From IMG/VR virus record IMGVR_UViG_2529292698_000003: a stretch of DNA of 64,000 nt. One strand, given 5' to 3'. The translations under genes and the position numbers were made by a program. The notes beneath the pieces were generated by a model. It made no database searches. It saw nothing but the letters and a program-made list of their open reading frames with translations, and was not told the origin of the DNA. Below are positions 1 through 7,738 of the stretch, in pieces (the first letter of the stretch is position 1; each line of letters opens with the position of its first letter). Source of the DNA: a virus.

Positions 1-1
1 T

Positions 2-904
2 GTTTTCTTTATACTCACCTTCAGTGATAATACCAGCGAGTTTTTGCATATATAAAAATTCCTTCATAGCAGCTTTTGTTTCTGGGGAAAATGGTTCTTT
101 AAAATCAAGCTCACCAGCTTTTAATTTATTTAATACCTTCATTAAATCACCTTTTTTAGCATCAATTACAGGCATATCAACACGTGAAGGGGCATTTGGA
201 TGAATATCTGTAGGTAATTTTTTAGCATTAGCAATAAGTGTAGCTTTACCTTTTTCAAAATCACCACCACCAATTTTAGCGATAATTGCTTTAATTTCTT
301 CAGGTTTTTTCTCACTCATAGGCCATTGATCTGTACCTTGAGAAACAAAAGTATCAATTGTTTTTGGGATTAAAGTGGCAAACTGGCTAACATCTCCTTT
401 ACCAGGATTACCTTTTAATCCTTTAGCTTTAGTATAAACATTTAATGCTGTTACAACATCATCAGCCGGCATATCAACTTTTTCTACTTTAACTGAAGCT
501 CCAGGATTTAATAGTGTACGGGCTGCCCATCTATGATGACCATCCATAATATAACCATCAGCTGAGGTAATGGCTTCCATATTGTTAAGGTCAGGAGTAG
601 TACCTGTATCAGCAAACCCTAAAGCAAAAGATAATGCTTTTTTTGGGATCACCTCTTTTTGCATTGGTTTTAAACTACCAACAGCAACTGATGCTTTACC
701 TGCATTGGCTACATCATCTTTATCATCTTGGTCTTTTTTACCTCCATCTAAGGCTGCTTTAGCAGCTGCATCAGGAATTTTAGATAAAGGAATAGCTTTA
801 TTTGATCCAAAAGCATCTTCTCTTAAAGCTTGTAATTTTTCTTTGTACTCACCTTCAGTGATAACACCAGCAAGTTTTTGCATGTGTAAAAATTCCTTGT
901 TCAT
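2..904 (-). CDS. ParB/sulfiredoxin-like domain protein, putative internal head protein (runs off the window at its 3' end; absent from the ORF track)
   Basis: Manual translation from ATG at 904: MNKEFLHMQKLAGVITEGEYKE...YIMDGHHRWAARTLL...MKEFLYMQKLAGIITEGEYKEN, open to the window edge; DGHHR is the ParB/Srx motif; late motif at 927-936. Confidence 0.7.
   Translation of the reverse strand, partial: MNKEFLHMQKLAGVITEGEYKEKLQALREDAFGSNKAIPLSKIPDAAAKAALDGGKKDQDDKDDVANAGKASVAVGSLKPMQKEVIPKKALSFALGFADTGTTPDLNNMEAITSADGYIMDGHHRWAARTLLNPGASVKVEKVDMPADDVVTALNVYTKAKGLKGNPGKGDVSQFATLIPKTIDTFVSQGTDQWPMSEKKPEEIKAIIAKIGGGDFEKGKATLIANAKKLPTDIHPNAPSRVDMPVIDAKKGDLMKVLNKLKAGELDFKEPFSPETKAAMKEFLYMQKLAGIITEGEYKEN
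4..897. repeat. Dispersed ~60-nt direct repeat (about 4-63 and 838-897) encoding KEFLxMQKLAGxITEGEYKE
   Basis: Near-identical DNA at both ends of the first ORF. Confidence 0.85.
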
Positions 905-926
905 TTTTTTTTATTAAGATATTTTA

Positions 927-936
927 TTATAAATAT
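927..936 (-). promoter_or_regulatory. Class 2 late-type motif ATATTTATAA
   Basis: Exact motif 22 nt upstream of ATG 904. Confidence 0.65.
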
Positions 937-950
937 GTAGAGAATGCTTC

Positions 951-1433
951 CTATTCAAAAAACTGCTTTAGATTTGGTCTAAAATAGTTAACACTCTTCA
1001 TCACCTTCATATCTCTTGTTCTATAGACAACATATCCAGTTTCTTCAGAACCCTCATAATGACATGATTCACCTTGCTCTTCACTTCTTACTTTAACGGT
1101 TTCTTGAGCTTCTTCTTCAGTTTTACAAATTTTAGACATATTGGATGCTTGTACTTCAGCATATCCTGGTAGGATTTTGTCTTTGAGTCCGAAAACTAGA
1201 GCACCATTTCCTAATCCAACATATGTAATATCTAGAATTGCATCTAGGATTCCTACAATATCATCTTGTTCAATTGCCTCTTTCATTTCATCGAGTTCCT
1301 CTTGAATGAAATCAACTACAAACTGTGCGTCTTTTTTGTCAATAGTGGGTTCAGTTCTGTTTTGCCAACCTTTACCCATTGTGTAGTTAAATTTTTCTAC
1401 TTCATCTACGAATGGTACTTTTTTATTTTTCAT
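951..1433 (-). CDS. MazG-like / PRA-PH family nucleoside triphosphate pyrophosphohydrolase
   Basis: IQEELDEM...ILDAILDITYV...SNMSK all-alpha NTP-PPase pattern. Confidence 0.7.
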   Translation of the reverse strand: MKNKKVPFVDEVEKFNYTMGKGWQNRTEPTIDKKDAQFVVDFIQEELDEMKEAIEQDDIVGILDAILDITYVGLGNGALVFGLKDKILPGYAEVQASNMSKICKTEEEAQETVKVRSEEQGESCHYEGSEETGYVVYRTRDMKVMKSVNYFRPNLKQFFE

Positions 1434-1435
1434 AT

Positions 1436-2005
1436 TTATTTAATTTTATTTTGAAATTTCATAAATGATCCTTCTTTATCATTAGTTAAACCACCTACAG
1501 TATGTAATTTACTATCTTCTTCTGACCAAGGCCCTGGTTTATCTACTTGTTCTAAAAAATCTAAAACATCCTGGTCTTTTAAATAATCTTGGATTGCATC
1601 TGCTTTTTCATCTTCCCAGGGGTATATAATCCAATCATCATTTGAAATTATGTTACCATAGAAAGTTGGGGTGAAATTAGAAGTATGTTTTCTATAATGT
1701 AAACTTGCAAATTTCAAATTTAATGAAAATGCAAATTCTGTTTGATATCTACTATAAATTTCATCAAACGTAACTCCACTATCACATATATCGTCTACAA
1801 TTAAAGTATCTTCATATATGCTACCCATTGAAATAGGAATGTTTAGTTTATGAGATAGTATAACTGCTGGGATTAATCCACCACGAGGCACCCCATATAT
1901 AGATTTAAATTCATATTCTGAATGTGAAATTTGTAGAGCTAATTTATCTACTAAGGATGAAATTTCCTCCCAATTAATTTTTATTTTAGATGTTGTGCCC
2001 TCCAT
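1436..2005 (-). CDS. Type I purine phosphoribosyltransferase (Gpt/Xpt-like)
   Basis: GVPRGGLIPA, PRPP loop LIVDDICDSGVT, WIIYPWE. Confidence 0.85.
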   Translation of the reverse strand: MEGTTSKIKINWEEISSLVDKLALQISHSEYEFKSIYGVPRGGLIPAVILSHKLNIPISMGSIYEDTLIVDDICDSGVTFDEIYSRYQTEFAFSLNLKFASLHYRKHTSNFTPTFYGNIISNDDWIIYPWEDEKADAIQDYLKDQDVLDFLEQVDKPGPWSEEDSKLHTVGGLTNDKEGSFMKFQNKIK

Positions 2006-2681
2006 TGTTTATTTTTAGTGAGTCAAAAAATTCTTTACGTGCATTATTTGTATCATCTCGGAATGCTCCTGATGCTTTAGTAGTAACCATTGCTGCACCT
2101 GCATGTTTTACACCTCTACAAGATACACAATTGTGAGTACCTACTACAGTAACAATTACACCTAAATTACCTTCAGTAATTTTATCTACTGCATTATGGA
2201 TTGCTGCTGTGAGTTGTTCTTGGATAGCACCTCTACGACCAAATAGTTCTACAATTCGATTCAGTTTAGATAAACCAATTACTTGACCATCAGTTCCAGC
2301 AATATAACCAATATGAACTACACCTCCAATTGTTTGGTGGTGGTGAGAACACATTGAGGTAAGTGGAATATTTCTTTCAATAATTACTCCATCATAACCA
2401 TCTGAAGGGAATGAGGTAATAGGTGACATTGCTGTGTATCGACCTTCCCATAGGTCATTTACATATGCTTTAGCTACACGACGAGGTGTTTCCATTGAGT
2501 TTGGATCGTTTCTCCAATCACATTTTAGAGCATCAAGAAACTTACCATATGCTTTTGCAGCTGCATCAATAATATTTAATTTTTCTTCTTCAGTGAAGGG
2601 GAATCCAGGTGCAACTCCATTTGCAAATCCTGTTTGTACTACTTCTAGATCTTCGTGTAGTTTTCTACGTTTGTTTTCCAT
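1986..2681 (-). CDS. folE: GTP cyclohydrolase I
   Basis: TPRRVAKAY, SMCSHHHQ, GLSKLNRIV, IQEQLT, HNCVSCRGV. Confidence 0.95.
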   Translation of the reverse strand: MENKRRKLHEDLEVVQTGFANGVAPGFPFTEEEKLNIIDAAAKAYGKFLDALKCDWRNDPNSMETPRRVAKAYVNDLWEGRYTAMSPITSFPSDGYDGVIIERNIPLTSMCSHHHQTIGGVVHIGYIAGTDGQVIGLSKLNRIVELFGRRGAIQEQLTAAIHNAVDKITEGNLGVIVTVVGTHNCVSCRGVKHAGAAMVTTKASGAFRDDTNNARKEFFDSLKINNGGHNI

Positions 2682-3104
2682 TTATTTTATTTTATATTGT
2701 TTTTTATATTTTCCAACAAATGACTTACCAACACCCACTTCTAATATTTCTGCTTTGATAGGAATACCTGGTAGTTTATTAGCGGATAAAATATAATCAA
2801 TGTTTTCATTTTGCCAAACCTTTATTTTAGTTTTAGCATTTGAGCGATTTGATGTTTTAAATACCATTATTACTGGTTGGTTATTATATGCTTTACCTTT
2901 ATCAGCTTTAATTTTGGGTGATCTAAACCCTTTAGGGGATGTATGTTCTACTTTCCAAGGACCAGTTTGAGATTTGTTTATATCATAATACCATTTTGAT
3001 GTTCCTCCTAATTCTGGTTTAGAGGGGAATTCATGATGTTCTTCAACCCATTTTTGTTTAACTTTTGTTGGTGTTTCTTTAGGTCTTCCTCTATTTTCTC
3101 CCAT
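2682..3104 (-). CDS. Basic hypothetical protein with N-terminal RGRP motif
   Basis: Start moved from 3152 to ATG 3104 (MGENRGRPKE) because a promoter occupies 3124-3152. Confidence 0.6.
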   Translation of the reverse strand: MGENRGRPKETPTKVKQKWVEEHHEFPSKPELGGTSKWYYDINKSQTGPWKVEHTSPKGFRSPKIKADKGKAYNNQPVIMVFKTSNRSNAKTKIKVWQNENIDYILSANKLPGIPIKAEILEVGVGKSFVGKYKKQYKIK

Positions 3105-3123
3105 AACTTTTATTTTATAACGA

Positions 3124-3152
3124 AATATAAGGAGACTCTTTCGAGTCTCCAA
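3124..3152 (-). promoter_or_regulatory. Class 1 promoter TTGGAG-N17-TATATT overlapping hairpin GGAGACTC-GAAA-GAGTCTCC
   Basis: Exact 17-nt spacer; 8-bp perfect inverted repeat 3131-3150. Confidence 0.7.
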
Positions 3153-3174
3153 ATATTTTTTAATAAAAATTTTC

Positions 3175-3423
3175 CTATGAGTTGTATAAATCTCGAATTT
3201 CTTCTTTTAATTTGACTCCGATTACTCGGTTTGTTTCTGCTCCTCCATTTACAAATACAATTGTAGGAACATTACGAATTCCATATTGTTGAGCCATATC
3301 GGGTTGTTGGTCAACATCAATGAATTGGATTGGAAGACCTTCTGCTTTTAAGGCTTCCATTTCAGGTTTAAACATTTTACATGGTCCACACCATGGTGCT
3401 GAGAAGTATAGGATTTGTTTCAT
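3175..3423 (-). CDS. trxA: Thioredoxin
   Basis: FSAPWCGPCK active site, IRNVPT cis-Pro loop. Confidence 0.9.
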   Translation of the reverse strand: MKQILYFSAPWCGPCKMFKPEMEALKAEGLPIQFIDVDQQPDMAQQYGIRNVPTIVFVNGGAETNRVIGVKLKEEIRDLYNS

Positions 3424-3536
3424 TTTGTTAGTTTTATTAAAATTAATTCTATTTGTTCAATTGCGTCGTAATCATTACTAGTTTGATTAATACACTCTAC
3501 AATCTCAATTGCTATTTTTCGGGTTGATTTTTTCAT
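3420..3536 (-). CDS. 38-aa hypothetical protein (absent from ORF track)
   Basis: MKKSTRKIAIEIVECINQTSNDYDAIEQIELILIKLTK; start overlaps queE stop (TAATG), stop overlaps thioredoxin start (ATGA). Confidence 0.55.
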   Translation of the reverse strand: MKKSTRKIAIEIVECINQTSNDYDAIEQIELILIKLTK

Positions 3537-4306
3537 TATACTCCCCTCTCTGTATTATATGCGATGATATGGTCTCGACCAGTCATGTTATAACCATGTT
3601 TGGCAACCATTTCGAATACCAATGGATACATTAATATTAATTCTTCCCTAGTATCACCAGCGGGCATAATATATGTTTTATCTTTTGGGATATTATGTTG
3701 AACCCGGAATTCTTCAATTTCGTCTAACCCATATTCCGTTCCATCCCACACTGGTTTATAATGATAATCAGTATGATACTCAAGTGTTTTTGAAATTGCT
3801 TCGTGATTCAATCTAAATTTATTGTGCTGTGCAATAAACTTTTTATCTACTTCCTTACCACCAGGAGTTTTAATTCCATATTCTGGTATTGAATTTGAGA
3901 ACTTAGGTGATAGTGAAATTAATCCAATTGGATAATCTGTTTCGATAAAATGACTACCCTCAGTTTCGATAGTAATTAATATGCCACGATCATTTGCAAA
4001 ATGCGTTAATTCATTTACTAGTTTAGGATGCATTGTTGGCGATCCACCCGTTAACATCATTTCTTTTATATGCGGATTTTCATCGTATATTTTAATAATG
4101 TCATTAAAACAAAATTTTCCTTTTTCTGGATGTATTGAAGTATACCACGAATCGCACCATCCACCTTCTCCAAACCAACAGCGATGTGTGCATCCGGTTG
4201 TTCTTATTGCTATGGTAGGTCTACCAAAACGTGAACCTTCTGATTGGACGCATCGATATAGTTCAACTATAGGTAATACTTTATTGTAATCTTCTATTCT
4301 TTTCAT
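3536..4306 (-). CDS. queE: 7-carboxy-7-deazaguanine synthase (radical SAM)
   Basis: VQSEG..GRPTIAIRTTGCTHRC...WCDS, LTGGSP, IETEG, LSPK; start set at 4306 (ATGA overlap with upstream gene). Confidence 0.9.
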   Translation of the reverse strand: MKRIEDYNKVLPIVELYRCVQSEGSRFGRPTIAIRTTGCTHRCWFGEGGWCDSWYTSIHPEKGKFCFNDIIKIYDENPHIKEMMLTGGSPTMHPKLVNELTHFANDRGILITIETEGSHFIETDYPIGLISLSPKFSNSIPEYGIKTPGGKEVDKKFIAQHNKFRLNHEAISKTLEYHTDYHYKPVWDGTEYGLDEIEEFRVQHNIPKDKTYIMPAGDTREELILMYPLVFEMVAKHGYNMTGRDHIIAYNTERGV

Positions 4307-4506
4307 TGTTGTTTTTTTTTTAAGTTTGAACATAATAAATATGCTTCTTCTAACCCAATTCCCTCAACTTCAGGTCTAAACCCTACTATATTGCTGCCTT
4401 CAACTCTTAAATTATCTTTAGAAGTTTCAAACCAACAATCAGGGTGATAATGACACCACCACCCATTTTCTAGTAGGTATTGATGTTTTTCAATTTTACT
4501 CTTCAT
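4303..4506 (-). CDS. Hypothetical protein inside the que operon
   Basis: 67-aa ORF overlapping queD stop and queE start. Confidence 0.55.
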   Translation of the reverse strand: MKSKIEKHQYLLENGWWCHYHPDCWFETSKDNLRVEGSNIVGFRPEVEGIGLEEAYLLCSNLKKKQQ

Positions 4507-4972
4507 AAATTGAGCTGTTATTATCGTTTTCGAAACATTCTACTTTGATGCATTTACATCTACCACCATCTGTTTTAGATAACACTTCATTGAATTTATC
4601 AAATACAAGTTTAGCATTACTTTCAGCACCCATTTTCTCTAGAAAATGTACTTTACAAATGCCTTCCATAGCCATTGATTCAAATAAATCACGATATGGA
4701 TCATCTGCTTGGATTAGAGTTGTATGGTCCCACATATGGTTCATCCAATCTTTTAGACCATTTCCTTTAGGTGGAGTCTTAAATCCACCATAATCAACAA
4801 TCCAATTCATATCATCTAATTGTTTGTTAATGTCAGGTTCGTTTGATGCAAACCATACTTTAAATTTGAGAGCATATCCATGGAGTAGCTCACAGTGTGA
4901 ATGAGATGCTTTCCATTGTCTAATTGCTACTGAATAATTTTCGAATAATTTTGTTGAAATATATCTTGCCAT
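4496..4972 (-). CDS. queD: 6-carboxy-5,6,7,8-tetrahydropterin synthase
   Basis: HSHCELLHGY, WDHTTL, GAES; between queC and queE. Confidence 0.85.
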   Translation of the reverse strand: MARYISTKLFENYSVAIRQWKASHSHCELLHGYALKFKVWFASNEPDINKQLDDMNWIVDYGGFKTPPKGNGLKDWMNHMWDHTTLIQADDPYRDLFESMAMEGICKVHFLEKMGAESNAKLVFDKFNEVLSKTDGGRCKCIKVECFENDNNSSIYEE

Positions 4973-4975
4973 ATT

Positions 4976-5878
4976 TTATGAATTATGTTCTTCTAAAATT
5001 TTAGTTACTTCAGTCACTACATGACCCCATTCTACTGGACCTGTTTCATCTGCATATCTTGTAGGATCAGGTCTTCCTAATTTAATAAATGCTTCTACTC
5101 GCTCAACTGAAGATGCTGATTTATAATCTGAATACCAATTATCTCCTGAAGATGAAATGATTTGGATTGGTTTATATGATGTGTTTGTACGTTTATAAAC
5201 TTCATTAAAATCTAATCCTAATTCTTCACATAACATTTCTCCATCTTGTAAAATAGTAAATTTATCACCATTTAAGTAAGGAGTATAAACAAATACTCTT
5301 TCAGAACCCCAGTTACCAGAACGGAATGCTTCAAAATCCAAATCACGGAATTCTTGTCTACAGTCAGGATAGATTGCATGGTCACCTGCGTGGATCCCCA
5401 TCGCAATTACCGTGTTTTCTTCCGTCTTATCTGCGATTGAGAGTGCTACTGCCTGGATGATGGAAGCAAAGATTTTGTTGCGGTTAGGAACAACTGTAGC
5501 TTTCATATTTTCTTCAGCATAATGTCCTTCAGGTACTTCATCTCCACCTTCTACTAAAGCTGAATCTAGTAAATCGACTAACCCGTTTAGTTGGATTTGA
5601 CGATACATAACTTCATTGTAATTTTTTCCTACTACTGTAATTGTACCTAATTGATCCTGTTCTGTTTTTTCTACATTACCATTTAAGTAATTTACCAATG
5701 ATTGGGCACGATCAAGTTCAACTCGGTGTTTTTGACCATAATCAAAACTTAAAGCGGTTACAGTATCGAATTCTTTTAAACATTTTAACAACACAGTAGT
5801 AGAATCCATACCACCTGAAAGTGATACTACTGCATGTTTTGCATTCATTTTACCTAATTGTTCTTCAGTAAATAACAT
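4976..5878 (-). CDS. queC: 7-cyano-7-deazaguanine (preQ0) synthase
   Basis: SLSGGMDST, YGQKH, VPNRN, GDHAIYPDCR. Confidence 0.92.
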   Translation of the reverse strand: MLFTEEQLGKMNAKHAVVSLSGGMDSTTVLLKCLKEFDTVTALSFDYGQKHRVELDRAQSLVNYLNGNVEKTEQDQLGTITVVGKNYNEVMYRQIQLNGLVDLLDSALVEGGDEVPEGHYAEENMKATVVPNRNKIFASIIQAVALSIADKTEENTVIAMGIHAGDHAIYPDCRQEFRDLDFEAFRSGNWGSERVFVYTPYLNGDKFTILQDGEMLCEELGLDFNEVYKRTNTSYKPIQIISSSGDNWYSDYKSASSVERVEAFIKLGRPDPTRYADETGPVEWGHVVTEVTKILEEHNS

Positions 5879-5924
5879 AATTTTATATAATTTAAATTTG
5901 CCAGGTATTATTAAGCGTATAGGC

Positions 5925-6422
5925 TTACGCTATATTTAATTTTTCTTCTAATCTTTCAAACTCAGGTTCAATAACATCATCCCAAAAATATTCATAATTA
6001 TCTTCATCTTCTTCTATTACAGTTTCTAATTCTAGGTATTGACCTGCGTCTGTAATTTTAATAACACCAATAGGATCATATGCTTCATCCCAATAACGTG
6101 CTGTGAAGGTAATATCAGGATCTATAGCAACCAACTGATGATGAATTTCTTTTAGCATATCTGAGGGAGGGTAATTAGCTGATTCTAGACCAAATTCATA
6201 TGATGTTTCGTCATCCCAAAATATTTCATATTGGGTAATCCACTTTGAACCTACTTTATCAATAAATAATTCAGCATCAGCCCCAAACACATCAACAATA
6301 TGAGGAATTTCTTCTTCATTTGGATATTTTCCATCATGACAACTTTCATATTTTTCTTTAAAATATGAGATTGCTTCTTTTGATCCTTGGATCTTAACGT
6401 CTGTTCTACAAGTATTTGCCAT
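5925..6422 (-). CDS. Acidic hypothetical protein, possibly DUF1281-C/YubB ferredoxin-like fold
   Basis: F.LESANYPP...L...PDITF...YWDE pattern resembles that fold; weak. Confidence 0.45.
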   Translation of the reverse strand: MANTCRTDVKIQGSKEAISYFKEKYESCHDGKYPNEEEIPHIVDVFGADAELFIDKVGSKWITQYEIFWDDETSYEFGLESANYPPSDMLKEIHHQLVAIDPDITFTARYWDEAYDPIGVIKITDAGQYLELETVIEEDEDNYEYFWDDVIEPEFERLEEKLNIA

Positions 6423-6613
6423 TATTCTTCAACCCAAAAATCAGTTCCACCATCTTTATCTCGAGTGAATTCCATTTCATCTCTTAACTCATCTTGCATT
6501 TCGTCATCTTCCCAAAATACATCTTCATTCTCTTTGTAGAGTTTGAATTGTTCATCTGTAAGTTCTACTGCATAAAAGCGGTAGTCGGTTTCGCATCTAA
6601 TTAGTTTAGCCAT
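6422..6613 (-). CDS. Small acidic hypothetical protein
   Basis: 63 aa, TAATG-coupled to next gene. Confidence 0.6.
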   Translation of the reverse strand: MAKLIRCETDYRFYAVELTDEQFKLYKENEDVFWEDDEMQDELRDEMEFTRDKDGGTDFWVEE

Positions 6614-6624
6614 AACTTTATTTA

Positions 6625-6879
6625 TTAAAATGGTAAATCATTATCATAATCTTGTCTATCACCTAATGTAGGATTTGGTTTTGGCTCCTCAAAATGAAAA
6701 TCTAAAAAATCTTTAGGGTATAAACGTACTGAGCCTGTGTATTTAGGGTTTGATATTTGTCGTTCTTGGGTTGGAATTTTTGCTTCATGAGCTGCTCGGG
6801 CTACTTCACTACCCAATTCTTTACCCGCAGGTTTTCCTAAATAATCATAAAGAGATAAATATTCAATTTTATTTTCCAT
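6625..6879 (-). CDS. Hypothetical protein
   Basis: Start moved to ATG 6879 (MENKIEYLSLYDYLG) downstream of promoter 6893-6921. Confidence 0.6.
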   Translation of the reverse strand: MENKIEYLSLYDYLGKPAGKELGSEVARAAHEAKIPTQERQISNPKYTGSVRLYPKDFLDFHFEEPKPNPTLGDRQDYDNDLPF

Positions 6880-6892
6880 AATTTTTATTTTT

Positions 6893-6921
6893 AATATATT
6901 AAATAAAGGTGAGGATTCCAA
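6893..6921 (-). promoter_or_regulatory. Class 1 promoter TTGGAA-N17-TATATT heading the queC-queD-queE-trx unit
   Basis: Exact motif and spacer in intergenic gap. Confidence 0.7.
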
Positions 6922-6922
6922 A

Positions 6923-7717
6923 CTAGAGTCCATTTATTTTTCTAAATATTCTTAAATTATCTACAAGTAAATTCCAATTAACTTCACTCCCTATAATATT
7001 AAAATGGTCATTCATATTTGCTTTAGGTTTAAATTCTAACCCAAATCCAGAATATTTTGTATCTTCTAAAGATGCCATTACTGGGTTTGATGTATCTATT
7101 GATTCTAGAAAAGTATAACCTTTATACCATCCAAATTCTTGTGGAACAGAACATCCTAAAAGATGAACTCTATCAGAATTTAAAATAATTCCCATTTTAT
7201 GTAAAGTAGCTATTACTTGCATTCTTCCAAGTGCTTTACCTAAATCTTTATTTGGATGTGGGCAAACCTCATTATAGTAACTAGCACCGTATGAAAACGC
7301 AATCTTTTTATAACCTAAATCTTTATAAGTTTGATAACAAGTAGATGCTTCATGAAGTGTAGTCGCTTGAATTACTGCTACTTTTTCTACTCCTTCTGGT
7401 AATTTAATAGAAGCCCATTTACGAGCATTAACTAATGAAGCATCTTTATCTTCCCATACATCTGGGATAATGAATTCATTAGGTTTTAGTTGGTTTATCC
7501 AGTAAAATAATCGGTCTTCATTATATGCTTTTCCTAGTTCATGTAATGAATTATCCATAATAATGTACCTACCTTGTTTTTTACAATTTTGAAAGAATTT
7601 TCTATAGGTTTTATTTTTATCCATTAAATGAGGAAGACAATAGTCATAGTCGTTAAATTCTTGGAGTTCCTCTAATAGATATAATGGAGATTCATGACTT
7701 ACTTTTACTTTTCTCAT
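6923..7717 (-). CDS. TGT-fold protein, probable DpdA-like guanine transglycosylase
   Basis: Ordered motifs IIMDNS, IIPDV, VAVIQ, RVHLLG, SIDTS match the TGT/DpdA barrel; adjacent to the preQ0 genes. Confidence 0.65.
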   Translation of the reverse strand: MRKVKVSHESPLYLLEELQEFNDYDYCLPHLMDKNKTYRKFFQNCKKQGRYIIMDNSLHELGKAYNEDRLFYWINQLKPNEFIIPDVWEDKDASLVNARKWASIKLPEGVEKVAVIQATTLHEASTCYQTYKDLGYKKIAFSYGASYYNEVCPHPNKDLGKALGRMQVIATLHKMGIILNSDRVHLLGCSVPQEFGWYKGYTFLESIDTSNPVMASLEDTKYSGFGLEFKPKANMNDHFNIIGSEVNWNLLVDNLRIFRKINGL

Positions 7718-7738
7718 TTTTATTTTAATTTATATTTA

